From Schmidtea polychroa (lineage: Eukaryota), in contig CM097885.1 of assembly GCA_044892525.1 (NCBI GenBank), positions 46,254,001 through 46,318,000 of the forward strand: DNA of 64,000 nt, given 5' to 3'. The notes below the pieces were generated by a model. That model made no database searches, was not told the origin of the DNA, and worked only from the letters and a program-made list of their open reading frames with translations. This document shows positions 15,054-28,327 of this stretch, piece after piece (the stretch's first letter is position 1; each line of letters starts with the position of its first letter). The translations under genes and the position numbers were made by a program.

Positions 15054-15517
15054 TCCGTGTATGCGATAAATTTAATCGATTGAAATGGCATTTTCTTTTC
15101 TGATTTTGTGGATTTCTGTCTGGCATATATTCTAATTATTCTCTACCACTATGAAATCATGGTGACAATAAGTCGTCCAATTTTAGACTGGCACCGCAAA
15201 ACTTACTCCAGTTCTGTCTGTTTTAGTCATTTTATTTTTAATTAAATTAAATCAAATTAATTGTTTCTAAAATTTTAATTTTAGCACTTTTGAGAATACT
15301 TGAATAACAAAAAATTAAATAATTTTCACCAAAATGAATAAAAATGATCATAGGAAAATGGCTAGAATAAATGATGGCATGCTTTCAAATTCGGAAAAAA
15401 TGAATGAGGTGAGGAAATTGGAAAACGAAAAAGATATAGCAAAAAATCAATGAAATCGAATAATGAATCCGTGTATGCAATAAATTTAATCGATTGAAAT
15501 GGCCTTTTCTTTTCTGA
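15054..15517 (+). repeat. 50-bp direct repeat (15054-15103 and 15468-15517)
   Basis: TCCGTGTATGCRATAAATTTAATCGATTGAAATGGCMTTTTCTTTTCTGA, 2 mismatches. Confidence 0.85.
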
Positions 15518-15959
15518 CTGATGCTGAAATTTATGATTCGAATTTGTAAAAAAATAATTCTTGCAAAGCTGGATTTGTATTTGATATAAATGGAAAGCAA
15601 ACACGTGGAATTTTTGTAGAATCTCGACATGCTTATTCACAAATATTCATTAAGGACGTCCGAAAAGTGGCAGATAGTTGAACAAATAATAATTTTGAAT
15701 GAGTAAAAATCTGTAATAAGTTGATTTCAGAACTTTCAGAAATAATATTTTTAACTTAAAATATTAATTAAAATTGCGATAAACATTTAACTCATTTCGT
15801 TGACATAAAAAAACTCAAATTAATCTATATTTAATTATTAAAAATATAAATCCAAATAAATCTTTGACGTTGTTTTGTTACCCAACATTAATTTTCCTAG
15901 ATTGATTGGTGATTTAACTTTGAAAATATACAAAAATTAAACATAATTTCTTTATGAAT

Positions 15960-16645
15960 TTATACTACAACAAATTCAGTATTACTGTCCTCAACAGCAA
16001 TCTGATCTTCATAGACAATTGACATATTCGAATCCATTTCAACTGGTAAATTACTGAGATTATTAATAACTTTTCCACTTTTATTGTCAAATATATAACC
16101 AGCTTTAAATTGTAATAATTCTTTTTCATATCTATCGCGATCTTTCACAGCTAAATTACAATAATATTCTTTGTTGGGACATGTTTCCCATAATTTAGAA
16201 AGTTCAGATGAAACTTGCAAAGTACCCCATTCTGGATATTGAGTCCTAACTAAATTTCGTTGTTCTTTGTTGAAATAAAAGTAAGAGCACATAGGTTTTT
16301 TTGGAGCACCATCTTTTTTACGCCTCCTCATTTTGGCTCGTCGAGCAATATGGTTAGTATGATCAATTTGGCGATTTAAATTTTCAAAGTAATTTGATTT
16401 CTTTTGAAATTTGGGCACGTTTTCATTACTTTTGTACAGAACTCTTTCGTTTAATTGCATAGACTAATATTTAACATTAGAAAAAATATTTAAAAAAACA
16501 TTACCTGCCATTTATTAGAGCAATCTTTTGAGAATTTAATTAAATTCAAAGAATCTAATGGAAGATTATTACTCAGTTCTTTTTGCATAAAATTCGTATA
16601 TGCTAACTCAATATTTTTATGAAATTTAATGTTATACTTTTTCAT
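15960..16645 (-). CDS. Divergent HMGB-like protein with two HMG boxes, 214 aa (exons 16645-16505 and 16463-15960; 41-nt intron)
   Basis: Exon 1 MKKYNIKFHKNIELAYTNFMQKELSNNLPLDSLNLIKFSKDCSNKWQ joins through GTAATG...TTAG, phase 0, to SMQLNERVLY, giving a box A-like region. Box B is KKDGAPKKPMCSYFYF...LSKLW...KDRDRYEKEL. Confidence 0.88.
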
Positions 16646-16989
16646 AATAAATTTAAATGTTTAAAGTAAATTCATGAGAACAAATATTTAAACAAATATA
16701 ATGAAATTATTGTTACAAAATCATGCATTTTTAAAGTACTTATTTTTTGCTAAAATATTTGTGAAAACAAAGACCTTTACCCACCTAAGGATACTATTAA
16801 ATAATAAAGATTAAAAAATTATATCAAAACATCAAATTGGTTATATCTTAACCAATAAAATTAACAATATTGCGGAACGTGTGTATCATAAAACAAAGTT
16901 AAAAAATTAATTTACGGTATATAACACCGTAAAAATCGAGTTCAAATTTCAGGCCTGAAATATCTGATGTTGGCCTATACCTGTCATAT

Positions 16990-17750
16990 AAGTTGGTCTA
17001 CTCTGAGCATTATCGTTTGTAAAGAATTTTTCAAGGACATGTTTCTATGGTTGAAATATTGAGCTAAGCAACGACCTTCAAATTCGTAAATACACCAAAG
17101 AGCGTGAATTACAGTACGTTTAACCATAAATTAAGGGCATTTACCATAGCAAAGCAAGAAGCTAATTTTGATGAAAAAATTATATACAAACACACAGAAT
17201 TCACATAACAACTCTTTTAATAAAAATACACTCATATGGATAAAGATTGTGTGCAAAAATCATTTAATACGTATTTTTTAAGTATAAAAATATGCAATTT
17301 GAGGATTTTTTTCTTGCATAATTGTCTACTTCGTAAATAGATTGATTGTATTTTTTACTTGGATACAAAATAAATGCACCTTGCTTGCCACGTTTAACAA
17401 CTTGAGAAAAAGAACGCAGTGGTGACAAAGAAGGCTTTCTAGCATCTTTAAGTAAACTAGGCAAGGAGAATATGCAATTCGCTATGTGTTCAACACTCAG
17501 TTAGTAATTTGTTTTTCAAGTCTGTGAATACAGTTTTCGCCTGGCCGACACATCGTCAAATGTCAAGTTCGTGAAATGTGAGGATATTTACAATTGTCAT
17601 GATAAGTTCAAATTTAACAGTATATGTAATTTAGAGCAGTGTTGATGCTTGCGTTATTGCAGCCACAGTACAATTATCAGCGATCGAATAATTGAGTTGC
17701 CCGGCCTTTACTGTCTTTACAGATGAAATCTATATACTGTCGATTTATTT
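16990..17750 (-). pseudogene. Heavily decayed hAT (ZMYM1/Tip100-like) transposase remnant
   Basis: Fragments YSIADNCT, ELDI*RCVGQ, FFSS and VFTNLKVVA occur in hAT order, with many stops and frameshifts. Confidence 0.35.
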
Positions 17751-18720
17751 TTGTTTCTCAAGAACTTTCTTATATCCATCTAAAAAATTATGGATGTCAT
17801 ATTTCTAAATAATGAATTGAATATTTATATTAATTATGTGATTTAAACTTCAATTATATTTATGCATATAATATCATTTCATACATAGACGAAATAATTA
17901 AAAATTAATGTTGAAAGATTAACATTTCCAGTGTTAGTTTACTATCTTAATAATCAATCGTACTATCGTAGTGGAAAAGATACGTAATACTTTATTAACC
18001 AGATCAACTTATTTATTTATTCAATAATTTTGAAATGATTATGATAGAAATTAAGACGGAATTTTTGTCAAATATTTTCAAAGTTTAAAATTTATGATTA
18101 TGAAAACAAATAATGACCGTCTGTTTTAGATTCTACCCATTGTGACTCAGAATCTTTTACTTTCGCTTTCAATTATTTTATAAATTCTAACAATTTGCCA
18201 AACGATGTAAACAAGATCACGCTATTGCATTAATATATTTTATTTATATTTTAATTAAACATATATGTATATGGGTGCGCCAGGATATTTTTTATCTATA
18301 ATACAGTAATCCCCACGATCTCCGCCTTTTACAATGGGGGGTAATGTAGTGGTCTTACTAAATTTTGCTGATTTTTATAAACAAATAAATCAAACTTTAT
18401 ATAGAGTTTATTTTAAAATTTGGTTTAAATCGTTTTTTTGTATGTGTTTTGCGTAAAATATAAATTTAAAAAGAAATTGTGTTATTAATCATTTTTTAAC
18501 ATGCTAGATATTTAGTTTTTAATTTTTTTGAATATGAGTAAAGAAGATGGTAATGTTCATGGCGATTCTATTTAAAATGTGAAAGTTATGATTATAATCG
18601 GTGGAAATGGAAAAGGTGATCATTTCAGTCCTTTTTATTATTTGAATTACTGCAAAAATTGTTTCCTATCGATGGATTTCCTACTCTTTATTAGCATATA
18701 TAACATTATTGCTAAATTGA

Positions 18721-21700
18721 CAGTAGAAGCATTGCAATGTACCTATATAACTACGGAAGTTTCAGTTTTAACACAATATCATTTAATTAGATATGGCTGC
18801 GTTTAAGACAATGTGTGTTTTAGTCAAAGGTCAAGTTAATTAAGATTTATGTAAAGTGAAGAACAGAGAAAGATTTTATCCCTTGTAGCATTCTGTTAAA
18901 TATGAAAACGATCATATATTGACGCTATAGATAATACTCAGTATTACAAAACAAGTAATAGTAACGTGTGGCACATATAGTATAAACCTACTTTTTTCCA
19001 TTGCTATGGTTTCCACAAACACTTATTACACTTCATACATAGCATAAGAGACAAGTTAGGACATTATGAAACGAAACAATGACATCGTTTTCGTACATTG
19101 AGAACAATAATATGGGTGTGCAGTTGCAATGCAGTTTTTGAGCAAAGATGTTTTACAAGCGACATTTGAAAATTCACGCCTTGAAATTCGGCTCTTATTA
19201 ACCAATTTATAATTGTTCCAAGAATTGAGCAAACATATATTGAGCACATTATAAAAATATACACACAAGCCATCTTCGAGTTTGACATCTCGTGGAATAT
19301 TGGCGCACCATTTGGTCAACACAATCAACTCTACATTTTGTGGAATTATATAAATTAATAATGTTGGATTTCTTCTTGCTTGAGTTGTCTATTGACACTG
19401 TCTCACGCGTAGAACTGAGGAGGGACACCACTTTATTTTTCTTGCATTTATAGACTGTTAGTATAGTTTTATTTTTAGAAATGACGAAGCTGGAATCAAA
19501 TAACGCTTTACCCTTCATGAGCGACTCCACGTCGGGCAACTCACGCCGATTATTACGAATCGTTCCGATCATACGCACACCTTTAATTTGTAACACTTCG
19601 ACCAAATTCAGTGATATATAATAATTGTCACAAGTGAAATTGTGACCATTTCGTTCAAATCCTTGTAATAGAGTGTGAACATCATATGAAGTCAACGCTT
19701 GGTTAGCTGGTCTGCTATGATTTTTGCCCAAATACAGAAATCTGTTGCACACAAACTTCGTCTGGAGATGAACTAAAAAAAATTTGATGCCAAACTTGTC
19801 GGGTTTTGAAGCAATGTACTAAATATATGGACACTGACATTTAGATGGATAAAGCTGCTCATCAATGATGAGATTCTCGTTTGGGACAAAAGCTTTCAAT
19901 AAATGGAAGCCATAATGAAGACGCTAATGTTGGGCTAGAACCGAGAGCTTGTTTTAATGAACCAAAAATATATAACATAAAAATCGCACCAAGTTAAATT
20001 AAAAAAATAAATAAATAAATAAATTTAAAATTTAAAATAAATTATCTAGTAAACTGGTAAAATGATAAAAAGTAGAATAAAAGTAGTAAAATTAGATAAA
20101 TTATAAAAATTTATAAAACCAAATTGTTTAAATCACTGAACCTAAAATAAAATTAACTAAACTTAGTTAAATTATAAAACTTGTAAAACTAAATTAAAAT
20201 TAACAAAAACTATTTAAATTATAGAATTTATAAAAATAAATCTTAAAAATTAATAAAAATTAGAATTTTGATAAATTAAATTAATTAAATTAAAAAATAA
20301 ACAATTGCACACATTCATGCATGCATGCAAAAATTAATCAGAATTGCCTCGCATTCTAATTGGATATAGTAGCAGAGAATGCGTAGGCGTATAATTCAAT
20401 CAGTATAAATACTGAGTGAAATTTCATTTTTTTTCGCTCTCAACTGGTTAACTGAAAATCGCTACAGTAGACAATTCAAATCCCGTAGCTCTCGATTGTC
20501 AGTTTATGCGTGGTGAGGTAAATTTGATTTTTGTTAATTTTATGTTAATGATCAATTTATATGAAATGATATGTAATTTTTAGGATTTAGTAATTGAATT
20601 TGTTTGGCTAATTTTGTGTCTGTTCATTTTAATTTTAACTTAGAATAATATTTTAATAGGAGTAAAATGAGTTTGATTTTATTAATGACAAATTTATATG
20701 ATGTAAAATGTAATTTGTAGGATTGAATAAAATTTTTAATTGGATTTGTTTTTAATTGATTCTTGAGTCTTGTTTATGATATTTTTGTCTTTTTTTCTTT
20801 GGATAATATTATAATGTAGGTTGGTTTTTCATGATATTTATGTATCGATGCTCTGGACTGGGGAAGGTTTGTGGACGGGCGGCACTACGTGCTGCTAGTC
20901 GCCAGATGTTTCGCCAGTTGGGTTCATCGGGTTAGGGGATATAGATAGGGATATGAACGGTTGGGGAGGGTAAAGTCAATTTACGATAGTTTAGGGCCTT
21001 ATTTAAAGTTAGATAGTATGGATAGTATGAAATACTAAGATAGTTATGACCAGTTGTCGGTAGATGAAGTAGGTTTAGGCAATTTTATAGAAACCACGAG
21101 TAGTTAAGATATCCTATAGTCCATAATTAGAAATACAGGCAGATCCCTGCTCAAATTTTTATGAAAGGTGTGGAAACAGGTTTATCAACTTGGGAATAAG
21201 GGCAGACCCTTACTCAAATTTTTAAAGAATTAAGTTACATTTTTCACAAGAACCGCCGAAAATATGGTACGACATTTATCGACAAATATTATAGAAAACA
21301 CATAATGATTTACGACAGAAAATTAAGGGCGCATCCCTGCACAAAATTTTGAAAAGAAACAATAGAAAACATCCAGAAATGAGGACCATAGCTGAATAAA
21401 ATAGAAAAGTAGAAAGTAGAAATAGAAAATGATTAATGACGTAAGACCTTCTAGAACCTGAAGAGAAAATACAATGGGGAGTAGTTTTAGCAATAGAGCT
21501 CACCTGCTCATTGTTTTTTCGCCTTTGTGTACATTACCAACATGGTCGTCGCCATGGGTAAACAAATGGTTTAACGTGCAATAGTCATGGAGGTGCTTAA
21601 GAAAGAGTCGAGTGAATATCTAAATTACCCCTGACGTATTTAAAATATAAAATGACACATTCCTAAGTAACCAACACTAAGGCAAATCGATCTTGTAATC

Positions 21701-22756
21701 GGTTCGCTCTCTCTGATTTCATATCAAATCGTAAAAATTTCACGATTGTTGTAAACCTATTTCTATGCATAGAATAACAAAAAATGGACGCACCCCATTC
21801 TTTGGACAATAATTCGGCAATTGAAATATGCTTAGTGAGACCCCTCCGGCACAGCACAAACTTATGAAAGTCTCCATTTCAAGCAACGGATCGAACTAGT
21901 CATTTTCAGCTTGGTGACAAGCAGCTGCTTCTGTACACTTTTGAATGTGGCGAAGCATAGGCTCGTCAAAAAACAACTTGAATGAGCTATATGATGAATC
22001 ATCCACTCGGCGAAATTGCATAAGTAGTTGGACTCCCATTGACACGTAGCACATTTTGAATTGTCTTTCTTCCGCCAGAACGCAGTTGAGTAAATTTTAG
22101 CCATTCTGTACCATCTTTCCCAATTGCACGATCAGTCATATCTGACTTTTATTGTGTCACAGAAGTAAAGCTGCATGGCTTGTGTCCAATACGTTGAGCA
22201 AGTGGTAAGGAAAGTGGGAAAACATCGCTTGATTTATTCGACATTTCCTTATCAGAAGCAGACGAAAAGGCATCCTCAAACACCACTATTTCTTCACCAT
22301 AGGAATTTTCTTCCCAGATTCATCGCAGTTGATGCTCATTAGAATTTTCCGTGCCTGCTTGGCCGCTTGACGTCGTTGAGGTGGAGACATGCAACGAATA
22401 AAGGGCTAACAGTAATAGTGATGATAATAGGAACAATCTAACTACTCAACAGCAGCCATTAACAATTATTCGTACTGTGTCTAGTTCAATACTACACACA
22501 CGCATTCAGATAGTAGAGACGCTCAATTTTTGTCAATTTAACCGTTGTGTCGAATCTGACACATCTGTAGTTATAGGTAAAATTGTTATATTGCTTTATA
22601 TCAATAAGAATAAATAAACTATTTCATATTCATCTGAATGAGTGTATGAAATAAACAATTGTTATACAAATTCATTGTGAAATGATTTATACTTCTCAAG
22701 AAAATTCGATATTAAGTTTGCCATGTGTCAATTTTGAAACATTCATGCTTCTAGTG
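18721..22756 (-). mobile_element. Decayed piggyBac transposon, interrupted by a ~1.7-kb insertion
   Basis: Ends are ttaa-CACTAGAAGCAT (minus strand, 22756) and ttga-CAGTAGAAGCAT (18721). Transposase pieces: RFTTIVKFLRFD...DRFA (21663-21857), VPNENLIIDEQL...KPDKFGIKFF (about 19780-19897), TCDNYY...GTIRNNRRELP...YNSTK..VD..DQM...TRRW (19249-19752), and a Cys-rich C-terminus (19056-19160). Confidence 0.88.
19903..21643 (+). other. Unclassified insertion inside the piggyBac ORF
   Basis: piggyBac coding breaks between ...T*ECVILY and LKAFVPNEN. The insert has an A-rich tract, TATAAAT (20404), a GAG|GTAAAT donor (about 20518), a TAG acceptor (about 20819) and a decayed ORF with HYVLLV...IYDSLG. 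Boundaries approximate. Confidence 0.55.
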
Positions 22757-23522
22757 TTAAAGGAATTATCGAAATAATTTTAGTAAGATTTTATCATCAC
22801 GATGAACCATTGTCTCAGTTAATTTATGGAGCAGAACTAAAGTTTGAAATACAGATCAGGAATAGAATTTCATTTCAAACTTTATCACATGAATCAATGT
22901 TATACGGAAATGTGGTTTGTTGTTGGTTTCTTGATTGTCTACAAGAATTGTCTAAGAATGACAACTTATCAGAAATTTCCAAAGTCATTATCGACGAAAC
23001 CACAACAACAGCCATTCATGAAAATTAGACAACTGTTACTGTACTTGAAAATTTTTTAAAATTATTACAGTCAAGATATGAAGTTATCAATTTATATATA
23101 TTACATGACTTCTAATTGCATATGAGTTGGTAACTAAGGTAAGTAAGCTAATTATAGAAGCTTTCAAATGTTAGTATTTTGACAAATGGGAGCAAATTTT
23201 CTCTTTGCTTCCATCTGATGACGGAGACATTATTAAAATTAACACTGAAAACTGAAAATATTTTATTTGTGCATTATTGAATAGCAATAAAATATATATT
23301 AAGCTAAAAAATTTTTAGAGGAATTTAGATTTTTTTACATAAAATTAAATAATTATGAATTATATTTATTATTAAAGCAAAATTTTAAGAAATTTAAAGT
23401 TTATTTTTTAAAACGTTTATTTTAAACACTAAAACATTAGTTTGTTATTTAAATTTAAATTAATCAACTTATAATAAACATATTTGTTTAAAATATCAAA
23501 ATTACTAAAAAGTTATTCTATT

Positions 23523-23586
23523 ATGAAATATATATATTTTGTACCTGCAGTGGTTCTTTTTTCTATTACAGTTTATTCATATTCTT
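23523..23586 (+). CDS. Basigin/neuroplastin-like Ig membrane protein, exon 1 (signal peptide)
   Basis: MKYIYFVPAVVLFSITVYSYS with a phase-1 GTATGT donor and a 59-nt intron to the tttAG at 23645. Confidence 0.75.
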
Positions 23587-23645
23587 GTATGTTTGCTTGA
23601 ATTTATATATATATATATATTTTACAATTATTAAAAATTATTTAG

Positions 23646-24020
23646 TGAATTCTCTTGGAAGTCCAACAATACCGACAAAATATCAAATTGAGCAAATAGA
23701 TAACTATAAATATAATAAACTTCAAAGAGATGAATCAGGAAATTTAAGTTTAGGTTTTCAATTAGAAGGAGCTCTGGATTCAGATATTAAAAAAATATCT
23801 TTGAATGTAAATAATGAAGATCAGGCAAATATTGAAATTATAAAATCAACTGACACGGTTTCTAAAGGCAAAAAAATTTATATATCAAAGGAATTTAAAT
23901 CTAACACAACCATTTTATTAAATATTAAGTTTACAAAATTTGAATATATTCAAACTGGAGTTTATAAAATGGAAGTTACAATCAAAAATGAAAGATTATC
24001 AAATATTTCTAATGTATACT
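23646..24020 (+). CDS. Basigin-like protein, exon 2 (degenerate first Ig domain)
   Basis: Open frame with LNIKFTKFEYIQTGVYKMEVT (Ig F-strand-like). Phase 1/1 with a GTAAGT donor. Confidence 0.8.
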
Positions 24021-25117
24021 GTAAGTAAATGTTTATATAATTGAATAGCTATTTTAACCTTTTTATTAAAATTTAGTTTAAATCATCTTTTTTATAAATT
24101 ATATTTCAATTTCTATATCGCCGATTTAGTTTTTAAACAATAATTTTTACACAAACAATTATTTAAAACTTGAAGTTTTAGCAAATCGAGATTTCTTTAA
24201 ACACAAACTTCAAGTGATTTTATTAGTTACTCGACTATGTACTTTTATGACTTTCTAAAATTCCCAGAATGCCATATGCCACATTTTCGATATTTTTGGT
24301 GATAAAATTTTGAAAACAGCAAACTGAAAATTAATTAATTATTTATAGCAATTAAATAATAAAAGGTGTAGCATGACGTTTATACAAGTCATTTTCCACG
24401 AAAGGGTTAATCGATTTTATTTCCAATTTCCATTATCTACAATAAATATAAAGAAAATTTCAAAATAAAAATTGATGGTGAAATGGGAAAAAATATTTTA
24501 TTGATATTGATTTTTTAATATCAAATAATTGTAACATAAAACTTGTTTTTGTATTGAAGCATTTAAAAAACGAAAATAAAAGTTTTGTAAATGATAAATA
24601 AAGGCTTAATTGCCTCGAATCTAATCACTCAAAAGAATGGTATCAAAGACATAAATTTTGTATTAATTGAAATTATGAATAAAAATCAAAAAAAGTAGCA
24701 TTCCAGTTTGTTCAAACAAAACATTTCAATTATTTAATAATGTCACTTTCTACTTCCCAGCTGTGGTTTCATTATTAATTGAAAGTTTACTATGATGATC
24801 AATAACTATTTCATTTATTTTACGTTATGCATAAAAAACTCGAATTGTTTCATTACTTGGTCATTTAACAATAACAATAATAATAATAATAACAACAACA
24901 CATTTTTTGAATTTGAATTCCAGTTAAAGTACTGTATGCTCTAATTTCATTTTTTATGTGAAATTCTTTATGCATATACAGTTGAATACATTTTAACAGT
25001 GCCTGATAATCTTTTGTTATAATTAACAATAAATATTAGATTATAAACAATTAAATGATAATTTAAGTCGTTTGCTGCGAATAATATATTTAATACAAAT
25101 GAAAAAAATCATCACTT

Positions 25118-25234
25118 TAATAATAATTATATTAAATAATAATGATAATAAATAATAATAATAATAATAAATTATAAAAATAATAATTAATTAATAATAA
25201 TAAATAATTAATAATAATAATTAATAATTAATTA

Positions 25235-25280
<46 letters not shown>

Positions 25281-25282
25281 TC

Positions 25283-25334
<52 letters not shown>

Positions 25335-25352
25335 GTAAATAATAATAATAAT
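25118..25352. repeat. Degenerate (AAT)n array
   Basis: Interrupted AAT runs. Confidence 0.9.
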
Positions 25353-25514
25353 ATATATGCATGTACAGTAGAACCAGACTTAATCGATTTTCGGCTTATT
25401 AAAATGAAATAAATTTAATCTGAAGAAAATTATATATATAAAAAATTCAATTTACAATTAAAACAGTTTGTGAACATGTTTCATAATATTTATTGAAAAA
25501 CTATTAATTTCCAG

Positions 25515-25856
25515 CTAGTCCAATTGTTAATAAATTCACAAAGCCTAAATTGGGACTCGAAGGAGATCCAATGCGTATAACATGTGCTTATGACGCATAT
25601 CCCAATGCTACGGAAATCAGGTGGGAAATGCTATCGGTTATTGAATATCCCGATAAATCTGGAAACATGTCTCTTTACAATTCTACTATTATCGTACCCA
25701 ATGATCGAATTCAATTTATTTCCGGGAAGGATACCAATAAACCAAATGATACATTATACATCACGAAATTACTAAAAGCGGATACTGGATTTTATCAATG
25801 TGTCATAATTTCCCCCAAGGGTGAAGATTTGGGTGTAATTAAAATAAATGTCAAAG
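25515..25856 (+). CDS. Basigin-like protein, exon 3 (Ig I-set domain)
   Basis: EGDPMRITCAYDAYP...IRW...TLYITKLLKADTGFYQC. ttccAG acceptor and GTAATT donor, phase 1/1. Confidence 0.92.
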
Positions 25857-25876
25857 GTAATTTTTACTATTGAACG

Positions 25877-25878
<2 letters not shown>

Positions 25879-25942
<64 letters not shown>

Positions 25943-25955
25943 GTTAATAATTAAT

Positions 25956-26036
<81 letters not shown>

Positions 26037-26073
26037 TAATAATAATAAATGTTAATAATTAATAATAATTAAT

Positions 26074-26138
<65 letters not shown>

Positions 26139-26173
26139 TTAATAATAATAATAATAATAATAATAACAACAAC

Positions 26174-26229
<56 letters not shown>

Positions 26230-26313
26230 TAATAATAATAATAAATGTTAATAATAATAATAATTAATAATAATAATAATAATAATATTAATAATAATAA
26301 TAATAATAACAAC

Positions 26314-26407
<94 letters not shown>

Positions 26408-26432
26408 GTTAATAGTAATTATAATAATAAAA
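25879..26432. repeat. Long compound (AAT)n array with recurring AAATGTT interruptions
   Basis: About 550-bp AAT/AAC array. Confidence 0.95.
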
Positions 26433-27326
26433 TAAATTTAATGAGCTAAATGCGAAAAATTATTGGATGCAAATTAATATATAAATGTTTAAAACCAATA
26501 GGAAAAATGTTTATTTTAATTTAAATAACTCATCTGTAGTGAGGAAGAATTCCAAAATATGCGATATCTAAAGATATAATAAAAACATACGTATTTAATT
26601 AAAAATATTAAAAATAACACATTAAAACTTCAAAATTAAACTTAAAAATATTTAAATAAAAAATAATTTAATCCCTTTTAAAAATACTAATGAAATTCAA
26701 GTGTAACTTAAATTTTAAAATTTGTTGTAAATTATAATTTATTTTTGCTGCTCTCCTTGCTCGTGGAAAATTCAGTAATTCGCAAAATAAAAATACAGTT
26801 TGACAAAAAATATTACAATCAAAACATTTTCAAGAATTTTCAATACTTCCAATTATTTGAAACTGAATGAAATATGCAAGTTTCTTTTTAAAAAATTTTG
26901 GAAATATTATTATTATTATTATTAATTTAAATTATTAAATTAGAAGCCTGAAAATTAAACTAAATAATTAAAAAATGAATATAATTTATTTTTACAACGA
27001 TAATAAACTATAAAAAATTAAATAAATAAAACCTTTCCATTAGCGCAATTGATAGACTTTTATTTAATTCGAGCTTTGTCTGAATTGTCGTATTACTGTA
27101 CTATTTAATATTTAAGCTTTTATTCTATTTCTTAACCTTAATACATTAAAAAATCATTTTTCATTGATATCAGATATGTTGAGGATACCTAAATGATAAA
27201 TAGCATAATAAATAAATAAATAACCTGAGGGAAGATCATCATGACAAACGGGACGATCTATAGGAACTCTTAGAAGAAAACGGAACCTGAACCAGTTAGG
27301 TTACACCTCGATAAAACGCCTTCCTT

Positions 27327-27470
27327 TTTGCCATGTACATCACCAAAGCCCAGGGACAGTTACTGAAAGTTACAGGAATGAAACTGTAGGAACCCTGTTT
27401 TGCACATGGCCAACTTTATGTTGCTTGCTCCTCTTCATCTTTGCACCACATGGTGGAACAAAAAATATAT
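27327..27470 (+). pseudogene. Helitron PIF1-like helicase C-terminal fragment
   Basis: FAMYITKAQGQLLKVTGMKL*EPCFAHGQLYVACS, then LFIFAPHGGTKNI. Matches the FAMTINKSQGQ...FSHGQLYVA motif. Confidence 0.85.
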
Positions 27471-27489
27471 ATATATATATATACATATA

Positions 27490-28263
27490 CAGGAATATCT
27501 CGAACAGTATGGTTAATCGGTTCTGGAATTTAGCCGTACTATTTGAAACCGGACTATTCGAGGCATTCTGGCGCTAATAAATTTACGGCTTGGTACTCTT
27601 ATTAAGAAATTTAAAAATCGTGATTATAATCTAGTAAACAAAAAATATTTTGTTGTATTTTTATTTTTCTGATATTCAAGAGCAAAACAAGCATATTTAA
27701 CACAGTTGTACATTTAAATATATATTTATTGAAATTTATAAGCTGGCAATACCAATTCATTGCAACTAAATCAAAAAAAAAGAATCCTGTTACCACTTTT
27801 GACAAATATGACGCCGTAGCTATCTATACCTTGCGACTTGTATTGATCTTTATTTTTCACAATTTTCATTCCCCTTTCTTTTCCTACTTTAGCAAACGAA
27901 GCCCCTTCCTCATGAAGTATAATAACGCTAAGCTTCTGTTCTAAAGTGAGCCATTTGCGTTTTTTGGTTGTGGAGTCACTTTTACACTTTCCTCTGCCAC
28001 TCATTTTATTTTTTAAATTAAAATCTAAATATATAAAGGTCAACATACTCTACGGTTAAAAATATAAAACCAACAACTTTTATCTATTATCGCGCGATCG
28101 TGAATGTATCCGTAGTGAATTTTTTTACGGCTTATTTATTCATTTTCTTATTAAAACTACAAACCAGAAATTAAACGTAACAAAAAAAATTATTAAACAC
28201 GTGCCGTATGATTTTAGACTATAGAGAAACCGTACTGATCGAAACTGTACTATGCGAGGTATT

Positions 28264-28267
<4 letters not shown>
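27490..28267 (-). mobile_element. Internally deleted pogo/Tigger (Tc1/mariner) element
   Basis: Imperfect TIRs CAGGAATATCTCGAACAGTA / TAGGAATACCTCGCATAGTA flanked by TA. Keeps a CENP-B/psq-type HTH start, MSGRGK...KKRKWLTLEQKLSVIILHEEG. Confidence 0.85.

Positions 28268-28324
<57 letters not shown>

Positions 28325-28327
<3 letters not shown>

Noticed and set aside
16505..16511. ATGGCAG as a 7-nt first exon of the HMG gene
   Set aside because: Out of frame with exon 2. The longer phase-0 exon from 16645 fits and encodes box A.
18302..18345. TACAGT/TACAGG-type Tc1/pogo ends (also about 25364 and 41050-41067)
   Set aside because: Single ends with no matching partner.
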